This document shows positions 39,142-52,961 of a DNA stretch of 64,000 nucleotides, piece by piece; the first letter of the stretch is position 1; each line of letters starts with the position of its first letter. Below the pieces are notes generated by a model. That model was not told where the DNA came from and searched no databases. It saw only the letters and a program-made list of their open reading frames with translations. Where the stretch lies: positions 99,262,001 through 99,326,000 of the forward strand of contig OZ024741.1 in the NCBI GenBank assembly GCA_964016885.1, read 5' to 3'. Source of the DNA: Eledone cirrhosa (taxonomy: Eukaryota). The position numbers and the translations under genes were made by a program.

Positions 39142-39490
39142 ATGGCTGCCCCCTCGTTATCGAGTATAGCCATTGCACGATATACCATTATTAATAATTA
39201 TTAATTAATTCTATCGTGCAATGCCTGTGAGTGAAGATATTTTTTAAAGTGGGGAAAGACTGTGCACTGAGCCAATCCCACTCTCTGAGCGACAGTAGCT
39301 ATAACCCGAAAAGAAGAAAATTTCAACATCATCGGTAACTACTGAGCCGCAGGTTTTATGTCGGAGTTATTCTAGTTTCCTGAGTTTCATTCTCCTAGAA
39401 GAATGCCCTGACAAAGGCTAGGGGTCCTTCACTCCCAGTTGTTTAACCGTTCGATCGGGAGTCCAGCCCGACTATTTCTATGTCTCCGCG
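39142..39490 (+). mobile_element. Structured element type A (full length)
   Basis: Head hairpins, core and 3' CCAGCCCGACTATTTCTATGTC..CGCG|CATA. Confidence 0.8.
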
Positions 39491-39600
39491 CATATACACA
39501 CACATGCACCCATGTATACACACATACATACATACATACATACATACATACATACATACATACATACATACATACATACATACATACATACATACATACA

Positions 39601-41696
39601 TTTTGTTCCCCACTATTGGATGATAGAGGCCCTCCAACTTGCTAAAATACCAGACATTATTGTCAGAGCCTTGGAGAGGCTGTCTTCTTCTTGGGCTACT
39701 ATCCTAAGGTTAAAGACAGAGAGGGGGGACTCTATTTTCTCTGATAAAATAAAATATTGCAGGGGTACATTTCAGAGAGACAGTCTCTCTGTGATATGAT
39801 TCATCTTGTCATTAAACTCCTTGTCCTTTCTGCTCAAGAAATGTGAGGGATACATCATTGGCTCACAGGAGGACAGAAATACGAACCTAACCCATAATTT
39901 CTTTGTGGACGATCTGAAACTCTATGCCAAGAACATGGATGGGATGAAGAAAAATCTTGACCTGGTTACAACGTTCTCAAAGGATATAGGAATGGAGTTT
40001 GGCCAAGATAAATGCTCATACATGACTGTAAAGCGGGGAAAAACAACAACCCAATCTAGCAACATTGTCATCAATGGCCTAACTGTTTCACCGATATCTG
40101 ATGAGGACTGCTACAGATACCTGGGGATAGATGAGAACATATCCTATAATGGTATTTGTAATAAAGAACGCGTAACCAGGGAATACTACACCCGATTAAG
40201 AAAGATCTCGTCATCGGAACTCTCTGCGTAAAACAAAACAGTGGCTCACAATGTGCTTTCTGTGCCTGTCCTAACACCAACGTTTGGAATACTCAATTGG
40301 ACGATAGACGAAATCCGAGCAGTTGATGTTGGAACTCGAAAAATACTGAACAACACCGGAAACTTCCACATCAACAGTGACATAGACCGCCTTTACTTGA
40401 AACGTAAGCAGGGAATCAGAGGCTTAACATCAGTCCAGACAACATTTGAATGTCGCATCATATCACTCCGACAACATCTACGAACCTCGAAGCGTAGAAG
40501 CCCGTTTCTCGAGCAAGTCTATCTGCATGAAACAGATAAGATCATGAGAGTTGGGAAGGAACTCCTTGAAAGATATTCCCTGCGTGATAATCAAAAACTC
40601 ACACCCAGGGATGTCACTCAGCAATATCGCAGTGAATCCATGGATGAAAAACTGCATGCCTATCAGCAAAAAATTATGCATGGATATGTTGCCAGGAAAC
40701 TCCAGAGTGAGAGTAATATAGATGAGGAAAGTAGTCTATCTTGGACCAACAACCGCTATATTGGCTCCCACTTTGAAGGATACGCTTTTGCAATACAGGA
40801 ACAGGAGATTAGCACGAAATACCTGATTCACAAAAGAGATAGGGATGCAGGCAAAACACCTAGATCTGATAACAAGTGCAGACTCTGCAGAACTACATCG
40901 AGGATATACCCATGTCATCAGCAGCTGTCCAAAGATGTCATCGCGGTACTATCTACCTATGAGGCATGATGTAGTGGCCAAAACACTGTACAATGCAGTT
41001 CGTAAAAAAGATAGCCCCGATAATAAACACATTAAAAGCTACAACAATGTGGAAGACATCCATGTACATAATATGAAAGAGTACTGGTGGAATGTTCCAG
41101 TAAAAACCCCAATAAAATGCAGGCATAACAGACCAGATATTATGATATGGGACAGGGAGAAGAAAACATGCATAGTAGTGGAAATTAGCTGCCCAGCAAA
41201 TGCCAATATAATATCAAAGATTAGTGAAAAGGAGAATATTTATGCAGAACTGATGAGAAATCTGCAGATACTCCACCCTGATTACACCTTCAGATTTATG
41301 CCTGTGATTATTGGAGCACTAGGATATGTTACTAACTGCCTCAATACAAATCTTGAGAAGCTGGGCTTCACAGGAACAGAAAGAACACAACTAGTTAGGT
41401 AATTACAAGTACAATCCATTAATGGAACAGTAAAAATATGTAAAACATTTCAAAAATGTTGCATCTAATAACTGCATATACACATGTACAGATACAAAGG
41501 ATATACACATACACACATACAACTCAAAACATACACATCCACACATACAATAACATCCATATCTACACATGCATGCATACATACATATCTACCTAGTTGA
41601 TGTTGTGAAAATTCCAATGATAGAGTCGTGTGTCTAGGTTAGAAACTGACTCTCTCTCTATTGGTAACACTTTCTGAAATTATAAAACCAGAAGAA
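39601..41696 (+). mobile_element. R4/Dong-clade LINE, second long copy (5'-truncated in RT)
   Basis: FFVDDLKLY, YRYLG, CRLC..H...C, RHD, NRPDI..EIS; highly similar to 26590-28695; (CATA)n flanks. Confidence 0.9.
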
Positions 41697-42044
41697 CATA
41701 CATGCATACGTATGTACATACATGCATAATATATATATGTATGTGTGTGTGTGTATTACAACTGAGGTTGTTCTCTTTGTTACTACTCAGATTTTAACGA
41801 GTTCATTGAACGCAAAACTTCATCAGCCACATTCGTGAAAACCTTAAATAATAGTAACATAGAGTAACCTCGGTTGTACAATAAATATTTACACTGCGTC
41901 TGATTACACTTTCCTCTTGTTTGTAAAGTCAAACGTCCATAAATATTATGTACATACATACATACATACATACATACATACATACATACATACATACATA
42001 CATACATACATACATACATACATTCATACATACATACATACATG

Positions 42045-42842
42045 ATGGCTTCCCCCTCGTTATCGAGTATGGCCATTGCACGATATAACATTATTAGTAA
42101 CTAGCAGAAAAACCACCCTTCGGGTGGTTTTCTGCTAGCATGTGTAGTGTGCATATTGATAGTATACGCAAGTATATATGCATGTAGATATGATACGTCA
42201 AATAAAATCGTAATTGACAATATCCACAGAAATTGAACGAAGACTGCGTTACTGTGTCTTATGTAATCAGTAACGTAATCCATGATACATTAAAAAAAAC
42301 GTTATTATATATAAATTGCATTAGGAGAAAATTAGTGACAGAAAATTAATATGTTTATTTAAGCGATCGCCACCGGAAGTGGTGAATCTTTAAATAAATA
42401 ATAAAATATATTTAATGAATAGGCCACGAAATTTAATAGATAAATTATGTAATATTCATTCATTATTTATTCAAAGTAATCCAACTTATTTTACTAGTGG
42501 GATAAAAAATTATAAACCGTACGCAGTCCCGCGCTTCTTACTTTATTATAGTTTAGATTATTAATTAATGCTATCGTGCAATGCCTGTGCGTGAAGATTT
42601 GTGAGGAAAGGCTGTGCACTGAGCCAATCCCACTCTCTGAGCGATAGTAGCTATAACCTGAATAGAAGAAAAGCTCATCATCATCGGTAACTACTGAGCC
42701 GCAGGTTTTATGTCGGAGTTATCCCAGTTTCCTGAGTTGCCTTCTCCTAGAAGAATGCCCTGACAAAGGCTAGGGGTCCTTCACTCCCAGTGGTTTAACC
42801 GCGCGAACGGATGTCTAGCCCGACTATTTCTATGTCCCCGCG
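42045..42842 (+). mobile_element. Structured element type A interrupted by a Helitron
   Basis: Joining 42045-42100 to 42558-42842 restores the type A sequence. Confidence 0.8.
42101..42557 (-). mobile_element. Non-autonomous Helitron
   Basis: Minus strand starts TCTAAACTATAATAAAG and ends with hairpin AAAACCACCC-GAA-GGGTGGTTTT then CTAG; inserted at A^T with no TSD. Confidence 0.9.
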
Positions 42843-42949
42843 CATATATATACATATGTATACATGTATATACATATATACATATATATACATGTGTGTA
42901 TGTTTATACATTTATACATACACACATATATCCATATGTATATACATAT

Positions 42950-43199
42950 TTACACATACATACATACTGCATGTACACATGTACAGATACAAAACATATG
43001 CACATGCACACATATAACTCAAAACATACACGTCCACACATACAAAAACATCCATACCTGCACACGCACGCATGCAGACATGCATATATACCAACCTAGA
43101 TGATGTTGTCTAAATTTCAATGAAAGAGTCTTGTGTCTATATTAGAAACCGACTCTCTTTCTATTGGGAAACATTTATAAAATTATAAAGCCAGAAGAA
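42950..43199 (+). mobile_element. R4/Dong-like LINE 3'UTR only
   Basis: Matches 28460-28695; ends CCAGAAGAA|CATA. Confidence 0.8.
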
Positions 43200-44846
43200 C
43201 ATACATACATATTACATACACACATGCATACATACATAATTACATACACACACGCATACATACATAGGTATTACATGCATGCACACACATACATACATAC
43301 ATACATACATACATACATACATACATACATACATACATACATACATACATACATACATACATACATACATACATACATAACTAGTCGTGCTGAAATTTTA
43401 GTATATGGTATCATATGATTTTTTAACTGCAATATGACTGCAACAGTTTATGATGACTGCACATAAATGCGAACTGTATCACCATCTTACCGAACGTCTG
43501 TCGGGAATATTAGTTTAACATTTAATACTATATGTTATAAGATGTTGGTTTCATTTGATAGAAATAAAATACGACAGAAAACGTAAAAAAAAAAAAGGAC
43601 GATAGATCTTTGCTGCGAATTTTTTTTAAGGTCACAATTGACATTTAAATAATATAGCTGCTTTTCTATATTTATTTAAATAACTCTTCGAGAGTTTCTT
43701 GGTTAATTGGCGTCACGGGAGACATGTTTGGTACGTATTTCTCACGGTTGGAGAGTCGCTTGATACGCACTTCTGTTTGTGTGGTCTATAGTTGCACATA
43801 TTTTGGATAGAGTCGAGTGTCTGATGCAAGCATTCAAACCTCTCCTGCTTCTATCTATCTTAATCAATTCGGCGCCATTATATGTTTTATATAATACGTG
43901 ACTCGACCTTCTATTAACAGCTACAAAATATCCATCAAATCTATAATAATAATGGAATATAGTTCTGAAATATATTTCAGATTATATGGTATTAAATACA
44001 TTATGCATGAAACAAGACATAATTATAGTTACAATGACATTGATCAAAAGTCTACATCAGGAGTGTGCAACATATTCCGTTGGCGGGCCACTTTTGAACA
44101 TAGGTAGTAAATTGGCAGGATGGTGAAGCCTTTTTTCATTCTGGGTCCAAATCCTTTGCATTTCATCTTACCGGTGTCGGTAGTATAGAGTACCAATCAC
44201 GTGATGGAGGGGGTACAATTTAATCAAATTGCCCTTCTTGCAAATCGTTGGCCTTGTGCCTCAATTAAAAACCTTTTTTTTTTATATATACATATATAAG
44301 ATTTTTATGAATGAAACAGTTCTAGTCCTTTAGAAGTCATTTCTATAATAAAATAGATACATTTATATACATACACACATACATAGAGAGAGAAAGAGGG
44401 GGAAATGCCGTTTGGTCGTCCGTCGTTGATCGAACTCATGATGAAAAGATTTCCATTCATGACAACCACTTTTTGTAGGCATCATATACCAGGAACTAAA
44501 GCCGATGGTATGGTATTGTCAGAGGAGTATTTGGCTGTTATTTTTAGCACAAAAAACCGTCATGTGAGACTCCCGAAGATGGTGGTGACTGTGAGTGTGG
44601 TAAGTAGGGTGGAGCAGGTGGATGAAGTTTCTAGTACAAGGATCGACGCTAATATATTCGCATGTCACTCACGAATTTCGGAAGTTTTCTCTCAACACAC
44701 AAAGGTGTTGAGCTATGACAAGATAGGTTGTTTATCTTTTCCTTTTCTTTCTTTCTGTTTGCTGTTTTTTCTTGGGGCGTGGGTATATATGTATGTGTAT
44801 TTGCTCGATTTTAAAGTATGTATGTGTAATTATATGTATGTGTGCT

Positions 44847-44872
<26 letters not shown>

Positions 44873-44880
<8 letters not shown>

Positions 44881-45230
44881 TAAGAGGAATTCCAACTTTG
44901 TCTGATTTACTCGTTTTATTTACAATCCTTTAAAATTTATAATGTTATTATAATGAAATAGTATGATAGAATATTAAATTCTAAGTGTTAATGGAACAAG
45001 TACTGTGGTGACAGTCAAGTTTGCAATTTTCAACTGTTGAAAATTGCAAACTTGACTGTCACCACACATTATGAACCTGAAGATTGCGAAAGCATGAAAG
45101 TACTTGTTCAATTAACACTTAACATTTAATATTCTATCATACTATTTCATTATAATACCATTATAAATTTTAAAGGATTGTAAATAAAACGAGTAAATCA
45201 GACAAAGTTGGAATTCCTCTTATTAATATA
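44873..45230. repeat. About 355-bp fold-back (nested inverted repeat), PLE-like
   Basis: 44873-45003 is the reverse complement of about 45098-45230; inner perfect palindrome at 45004-45066. Confidence 0.9.
45072..45110 (+). ncRNA. Minimal type I hammerhead ribozyme
   Basis: TGAAC-CTGAAGA-tTGCgaaaGCAt-GAAA-GTAC-TT-GTTCA; 5-bp stem I, palindromic AGTACT stem III, CUU triplet. Confidence 0.8.
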
Positions 45231-45260
45231 ATCTTCTATACACAATCATACACACCCGTG

Positions 45261-45297
<37 letters not shown>

Positions 45298-45584
45298 ATA
45301 TATATATGAATGTGACTGCGTGTGCCTGAGAGTATGTATAGATGCGTGTACTTTTGCATGTATGTGTTTACGTGTGTTACGAAAAAAGAAAGAGAGAAAG
45401 ATTACTATTCATGTTTCCAGCGATTCTTTGCTTAAACTTTAATCTGTTATTTTAATAAATATTTGCTCTACGGCTCTTATATATTTGATATATATTTATC
45501 CTTATCGAGCCCTCTTTGGATTTTAGTCTTCCAATTTATTATTATTACTATATATATATACGCATATATTTATATATACATACG

Positions 45585-45733
<149 letters not shown>

Positions 45734-45759
45734 ATATATATATATATATGCATATTACG

Positions 45760-45810
<51 letters not shown>

Positions 45811-45841
45811 GTGTATATATATATATGTATATATATTTATG

Positions 45842-46444
45842 TCAGGTCACCAGATGGTGCTACAGGTAACATGTATGCCAGTACAACCTGTCTCATGGTC
45901 GGGTCGTTGGCGACTAAACTGGCAACCCCACCAAGGTTTCTTGGTGACAAGGGTGACTTTGGACATCCTGCAGGTGAAAAACAAAACCTGTCAAAAGGGC
46001 AAAGGAGCTCTTAAGAGTCAATGGCCATCCAAAATCACCGGGAGAGATGACCCCTTAGCCTTTGTCAAGGGAGAATTCTAGAAGGAAAACTCTGATATAA
46101 CACCTGCAGTCCTGATGGTATCTAATGATGTTGACTTGTTCTTCTTTTTGGTAAATATCATCTTGGTTAAGAGAGTGGGACTGGCTTTGTGCAGTGCCTT
46201 TGCTCACTATAAAAGCTTCACGGCACAGGCATTGCTTTATATCTGGATATCTCTCTGCACTTGTCGTCACATGGTACCATGGGCCCAGCACTATGTGTCA
46301 GTAATTGTCACAAGTGTAGTGTTTGTACCAGAGCTCTCAAGTCGCTGGCTGGACTAAAAAGTCACACTCGTTCAGCGCATCGGTAGGAGTTCTACATGGA
46401 TATAAAGTAGTGGCCGTACTCGAAAACGAGTTGGCAGCCACCAT
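45842..46444 (-). mobile_element. Structured element type C (full length, ends in the type B 3' module)
   Basis: Reverse complement of 6984-7335, continuing into GGATGGCC.TTGACTC...GACCTGACAT. Confidence 0.8.
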
Positions 46445-46445
46445 G

Positions 46446-46499
<54 letters not shown>

Positions 46500-46500
<1 letters not shown>

Positions 46501-46612
46501 CGAAGGGATTGTGGTAAGGAACCAGATGGACCATAACGCACCAAAGTACTCAATACTAGTCCAGATATAGCCGTCGAAACGGCTTGAGCTCTGCCGTCGG
46601 GTCATACTTGTT

Positions 46613-46614
<2 letters not shown>
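46500..46614. mobile_element. Half-hammerhead family element with internal inversion
   Basis: 46500-46557 is the reverse complement of 55813-55870; followed by GTC-GAAA-CGGC..GCCG-TC-GGG. Confidence 0.6.
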
Positions 46615-46697
<83 letters not shown>

Positions 46698-47371
46698 TAA
46701 CACAGAACTGCATACGCATCGACCATGTACACCAAGGTCTTCCACTGTTGATTGTGAGTCAGACTTCTACTAGTCTCTGTCTTCCTCGGTGGCCGCTGAT
46801 GCCGAACTAAAATCTATAGGCGAAAAGATGTAATGACAGATGCATTGCCGCCATCTTGCTTTCATAACAAAGCCCGCTTGAAAAAAGTCACCGCCTCATC
46901 ATCACTATCCCAATTAGAGTCGTCATCATCACCACATCATCCATACTACTGTCCTTTTAACTCCGTAGCATCACCAACGATTATGTTTCGGATCCGCACA
47001 TATTTTTATCTTTATGTTAACTGCTGTACTTTAGTAATGGCATATCATCAAACACTGACCTTTTCGATTCGTTTGTGCAGCATTCTTGGGAAATAGCGTC
47101 TGTTAATTCTCCCACCTGGTCTTCTTCTTTTAACTATAGTCAAGCCATATGTTTAATATTTTTGACACATATATCTATGTGCGTGCACAGACATGTGTGT
47201 ATTGTGTGTGTATGTGTGTACGTGCGCGTGTGTGTATTACGTGCGCGCGTGTGTATTGTAGTGTGCGTGAAGCATTGAACAGTATAATAACAATGACTTA
47301 GAAAAGCCATGATCATGCAGAGAGGAATAAACTATATACACATATGCATACATACATATATAAATGTGTAC

Positions 47372-47433
<62 letters not shown>

Positions 47434-47444
47434 ATATATATATA

Positions 47445-48092
47445 TAATTGTTTCTACTTTTAGCACAAGGCCAGCAAATTACCCATTGTATTACTGGTAC
47501 TTTATTTTATCGACCCCGTAAGGATGATAGGCAAAGTTAACCTCGGTGGGATTTGAACTCAGAATGGCAATATATAATGTATGTATGGCTTAGTGGTTAG
47601 AGCATCGGGCTTACAATCGTGAGGTTGTGAGTTCAATTCTCGGACCGGGGCTTTGTCTTGAGCAAGACACTTTATCTCATGTTGCGCCAGTTCACTCACT
47701 GGTGCCTAGCTGTATCTGCCTTTGCCTTTCCATTGGACAACATCTGTGGTGTGGAGAGGGGGAAACCTTGTCCGAAAAGGAACTTTCTAGGTGCAAATCA
47801 TATGGTCATTCGTGACCAACGGGGGTGGTTACTCTTTATATATTTATATACATATAACATGCATACATGAGTGTTTTAATATTGACTTCTAGTATAGGCA
47901 CAAGGACAGTAATTTGGGGGAAGGGAAAGTCGATCAAATCGACCCCAGTACGTTACTGGTGCTTTATTTTATCGACCCCGTAAGGATGAAAGGCAAAGTT
48001 AACCTCGGCGGGATTTGAACTCAGACCGTAAATGGCCGTAACTCTGTGCTGCAAAGCATGGTGTCTGACGCTCTACCGATACTGCCAATCCT
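47445..48092. mobile_element. Three SINEs: major family (-) 47445-47565, other tRNA-SINE (+) 47585-47835, major family (-) 47885-48092
   Basis: Core motifs as above; middle copy has A-box TGGCTTAGTGG and B-box-like GAGTTCAATTC. Confidence 0.75.
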
Positions 48093-48373
48093 AATATTAC
48101 AATTGTGTGAGCCAGTTATACATTGAATGCCTCGTACATTTGTTAATTGTATTAACTTCCCGGAGTTTAACAGAAGTACTTTCATATACACATAAATATT
48201 TACTGGTATCAGTCATATCGACACCACTACTTGTTTCAGTTTGATAATTGTGATACAAATCTGTAGTTATCGAATATATAGAAATTATATAAATTGATGC
48301 GCAGAAATTTACTTCGGTATGCAGAAACATACACATATGCATAAACAGAGAGAAACACACAAGCCCCCCCCCC

Positions 48374-48469
<96 letters not shown>

Positions 48470-48472
<3 letters not shown>

Positions 48473-49892
48473 AGAGCGAGAGGGTAGGAAGAGGAAATGG
48501 CTAGACCATTTTAGGACCCTACTAGGAGAGCCACCCTCCACAGCCCAGAGCACTGGGGAGATCAGGCGGCTGTTTGAAGAACTGGATATTGAGGCAGAGC
48601 CCTTCACCAGAGAGGAGCTTCAGAGAGCTAAGAAGAGGATCAAGGAGGGCAAGGCTCATTGAGGAGATGGAGTGGCATCAGAGGTGATGAAGAAGTGTGA
48701 TTTTGATGATATCATCCTGGGGTTCTGTAACCAGGCACTGGAGAAAGGAGTTGCCCCGAATCAGTGGAGGATCGTCCCAGTGCCAAAGAAGGGGGATCTC
48801 TCTAACAACTACAGGGGGATCTCACTGACGTTACTTGTGGCAAAGACGCTCAACAGGATGATTCTTAACAGGAGTTAAGTGCCTTCCTGCGGTCATGGTT
48901 TTCATTGACTTTAGAAAGGCCTTTGATTCTGTGAACCGTCACTGCCTGATGGAGATCTTACAGGCTTATGGAATCCCCAAGAAGATAGTGGACCTGATAT
49001 CACTGCTCTACACTAACACCAAAGCCCAAGTCATTACACCTGATGGGATGACAGAGTTCTTTGAGATACGGGCTGGAGTGCTCCAGGGAGATACATTGGT
49101 TCCCTACCTTTTTATCATCGTAGTGGACTATTGTATGCGCCTTGCACTGGAGAAACACCAGGACTCTGGCTTTACTGTAGCAACGGCTCAGAGCAGGAGA
49201 GTTAAGGCGACAAAGATATCAGATGCTGGATTTGCCGACGACATAGTTTTGGTGACAAATACAGTGAAGGAGGCAGTGGATTTGATGCAAGAGGTTGAGA
49301 CTGTGTCGATGGGTGTGGGGCTGAGAATGAATGAGACTAAAACAAAATATATGGTAGAGGATGTTGAGAAGCCAGAGGGGATCACTAATGTAGGCGGAAA
49401 GCTGCTAGAATTAGTTGCGGACTTCCTGTATTTGGGATCAAAGATTGGGAATACGGAAGATGATGTGGTTGAGAGGAAGAGCAAGGCCTGGGCGGCTTGC
49501 CACAGCTTGAGATCGGTGTGGAAGTCGGACCTTCGTAAAGACCTGAAAATCCGCCTCTTCATTAATGTAGTGGAGTATGTGCTGCTGTACGGGTCTGAGA
49601 CTTGGACACTGACCAAGAAACTCACTCAGATGGTGGATGGGTGTTACACGAGAATGCTGAGGATGGCTCTGAACATTAATCAGTATACACTGAGGTTAGC
49701 TGGACATTGCACTCAGTGCTCCTGTGGGAGCCCCTACATGGACACACTGGAAGAGGGTGACCAAGGTTAACATATGTTGATACCCTAAGGACAGACGCTG
49801 GTCTGTTGGAGACGCAGGACATGGCAGCGATAATGAGGGACAGAGACCACTGGAGAGAACTCGTCCATGGATCTCGGGAATTTTACCCGCCC

Positions 49893-49893
<1 letters not shown>
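48470..49893 (+). mobile_element. RTE-clade LINE RT region, 5'-truncated with internal deletions
   Basis: NYRGISL, FIDFRKAFDSV, GVLQGDTL.PYLF, FADD, FLYLGS, LLYGSETW. Confidence 0.9.
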
Positions 49894-49936
<43 letters not shown>

Positions 49937-50047
49937 ATGATACTTTCCTTCTATGTACCACTTTCAGTGTCTCTATCACGCTACAGTATGTAAGTGTCGT
50001 GTTATGTGTTGTGTGTGTCATCGAGCCACTGCAGGTTTAACATGGAA

Positions 50048-50115
<68 letters not shown>

Positions 50116-50986
50116 ATGAAAGGCAAAGTTAGAAATAAACAAACTAACAAACAAACAGGCAGACAGACAACCCTTGAAACCATTGAAACATTTCAATTTG
50201 TGTCTTCAAAGTCACCAAAAAATGGCCAAATGACTGGAAGCAAGATCCAAAAGTAGAGAGCCAGACAGCTAGACTGCCAGCCCTACTCACAACCCTCCAG
50301 TCATCCAGTCATCCAGTTATGCCGACGGCCAAGTAGCTATAGAAGATTCTGGAATCTCTGGAAGCGATTCAAACAAAGGAAAACTTGCAAAATAATCACA
50401 GAGTATTGTTATGTATATGTGCGTGCGAATGTGCATGTCTGTGCGTGTGAGTGTGTATGTGTGTGTGTATGTATGTATGTGTATGTGTGCATGTGTCTGT
50501 GTGTGTGTGTGTGAGTGTGTGTCTGTTTGTCTGTTTTATCGGATGAAACAATTCACTCTTCTCATTCGCAATATTTTCCTTCGTATGTTAACATGAAAGA
50601 AATAATTCCTTACCTTCTTGTTGTGTTTTTTTTTTTTTTGTAGTTTTTTTGTTTCGCTTTTTTTTTCCTTGTTTTTTTTTACCCTACAATTAAAAAAAGC
50701 CTTTGGTGGATTTTTTTTTCGCTGACAATATAGTCAGAAATGTAGCACAATTGAATTCATAGACCCAGATTTCGATGTTTCTATGGTACTGTTGTTTCCT
50801 TGCCCCACAACTAAAGATAAAACTTTGGGGGAGATTTCTGTAGTAGAGGATGTTACTGTTAAGATATTTGTTGTTGTTACGGCTTATATTTGATGAAAAG
50901 CAAAGTTGAACGATCTGAGAGTTGAACTCACGACATAGCGTAATGTATTGAAAGAAATACGGCTAGATATTTTGTTTGGGGCTCTT

Positions 50987-51153
50987 CCAATTGCCTGGTT
51001 CTTTGCCAATAGTCTGGTGCTTTACCAATTGCCTGGTGCTTTACTAATTGTCTGGTATTCTACCAATTGCCTGGTGCTTTATCCAATTGCCTGGTTTTCC
51101 ACCAATTGCACGATGCTCTACCAAATGTTTGGTACTCTACCAATTCTACCAAT
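50987..51153. repeat. About 19-bp minisatellite (ccaattgcctggtgcttta)n, about 8 copies
   Basis: Direct reading. Confidence 0.85.
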
Positions 51154-51993
51154 ATATCATCTTCCGTTTCCCTGTAATAACATTAATGATTTATTACATA
51201 TGCACAATGCTTCACCCGGGAAAGATGAAAGCCAAAATTGACGTTGCTGAAAAAACAAAAAGCATAACCAACACGATACAAACAATACTGACATACATGT
51301 CAATTGTAATAACTTAATTTATCTAAAAAATCATTACTAACAATTAGAATTCTTCGCCTTAAGAAAATTCTTAGAGGGAGTTAAACATACTTTTATTTCG
51401 CCAGAATTGCTTATTTAAGTTTTGCGTTCCTTTCTTCTAATAGCCATGTTAAACGGGAGAACAATCCCCGCTATATTCAAGGCAAGTAAGATGGGATGTG
51501 AGAAACGGATTATATTTTGTAAAAGAGAATATGGTGGGGGTATTCCATTAAGGGGTGAAGACGTGCTGCACCACGTTTCGCCATCTCATTTGAAAAGTAT
51601 GTTTTCATTCTGGAACTATCTAATGTTCAAATATTCAAAGCAAATCCCAAAAGAATATTTTTGACGAAGATTCCTTTCAGAATTCTTCGTTTGACGCAAA
51701 AATTGAATAGAAAGCAATCATTTGGGAACATCTTTAAAGAGCATTAAGATAATTCTTGTATCAGCACTATGCCCTAGGATATATTTTGTCTGTGTTCATA
51801 TTTTTCTAAAATCAGCAAATTCAAGGTTCTTACACGTCTCCCTCAAAATTCAACAATAGCTTAACTCTTTACTTATTATATTTTCACGTTGTAACATCCG
51901 ATATTGCCCTCAGAGAAATTAACCATGATAAATATTATTGATAGGTAATCATGTGTAAACAGGAAGAAATTATATTAGAACAACAATTACAAC

Positions 51994-52059
<66 letters not shown>

Positions 52060-52342
52060 TCTGTGGTTTTAATAGTGTCGGTTGTGGTGGTAGAGATATT
52101 TCCATCGAAGTTATTAAGGTTTATTAGGGCTCACGAGGGAACTAGCTATATATCCTATATTAAATATTATTTTTGCAGAGTCAGCCGAGACAAAAACTAG
52201 ATGTTTTCTCATTTTCTCAAATAAAATTAAGCAGTGATGACACATCACACTGTATACACAAACAAACAAACAACAACCCCCCCACCACCACCACCACCAC
52301 CACCACCACCATCACCACCACCCACCACACACAAACACGTAT

Positions 52343-52375
<33 letters not shown>

Positions 52376-52527
52376 ATATATATTCGATTGGCAAGGATGC
52401 AATTCATTTCAAGCACTCGACGTCATATTATTTCTTCAAAATAAGGATGACGGAGTATATTTAGAATAAGGAAAACGCGAAGTTGTAGATGTTCAAGAGA
52501 CCTTTATACATGAGCCGTCATACATGA

Positions 52528-52578
52528 GCCGTTATACATATTTCGATGACGATCGATATCGTGATTTCATCAGACAGC
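52528..52578 (-). ncRNA. Type I hammerhead ribozyme
   Basis: Minus strand reads GCTGT-CTGATGA-aATCACGAT-atcg-ATCGTCATc-GAAA-TATGTA-TA-ACGGC; stem I GCTGT/ACGGC, AUA triplet. Confidence 0.7.
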
Positions 52579-52961
52579 AAAATTAAGTAAAAGGTAACGT
52601 TTCCGAGGCAATTATGGGTGGAAAGGAGCGGACTAAAATTATGCTTTTGCTTTGTTTGTCCGCTCAATCTATATACATACATTGGCGGACTGGGTCTAAA
52701 AATATTGCAAGGAAGAGCCAAAGCCACACAACTACAATACAATCATTTAATTTTAATACTAAATAAATGATTTTTTGTTAATCCTCTCTATTTCTGTGTA
52801 TGCAATTGACAAAATAACTACCAGTTTTTTAAAACTCATGTTCTAAACATTCACCTCTAAAACCTCTATCGTCTTTCCTGCTTTATGGATTTCATTAAAT
52901 ATCTATATCATATCCTTCCATACTGGCTTTATTTCTTCTATCATTTGTCAGGCATTAATTT

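Noticed and set aside
39245-39270. RNase P/MRP-like G(A/G)GGAAAG motif in the structured elements
   Set aside because: No matching CR-V/P4 partner found; the short similarity is likely chance
39142-39490. HDV-like or twister ribozyme assignment for type A/B/C heads
   Set aside because: Could not build the P1-P2-P3-P1.1-P4 nesting or the twister L4 motif by eye; left unassigned
44405-44905. 166-aa ORF
   Set aside because: No recognisable domain; overlaps decayed repeat sequence and runs into microsatellite
50987-51153. CRISPR-like array
   Set aside because: Contiguous 19-bp tandem units without unique spacers; eukaryotic context with no cas genes
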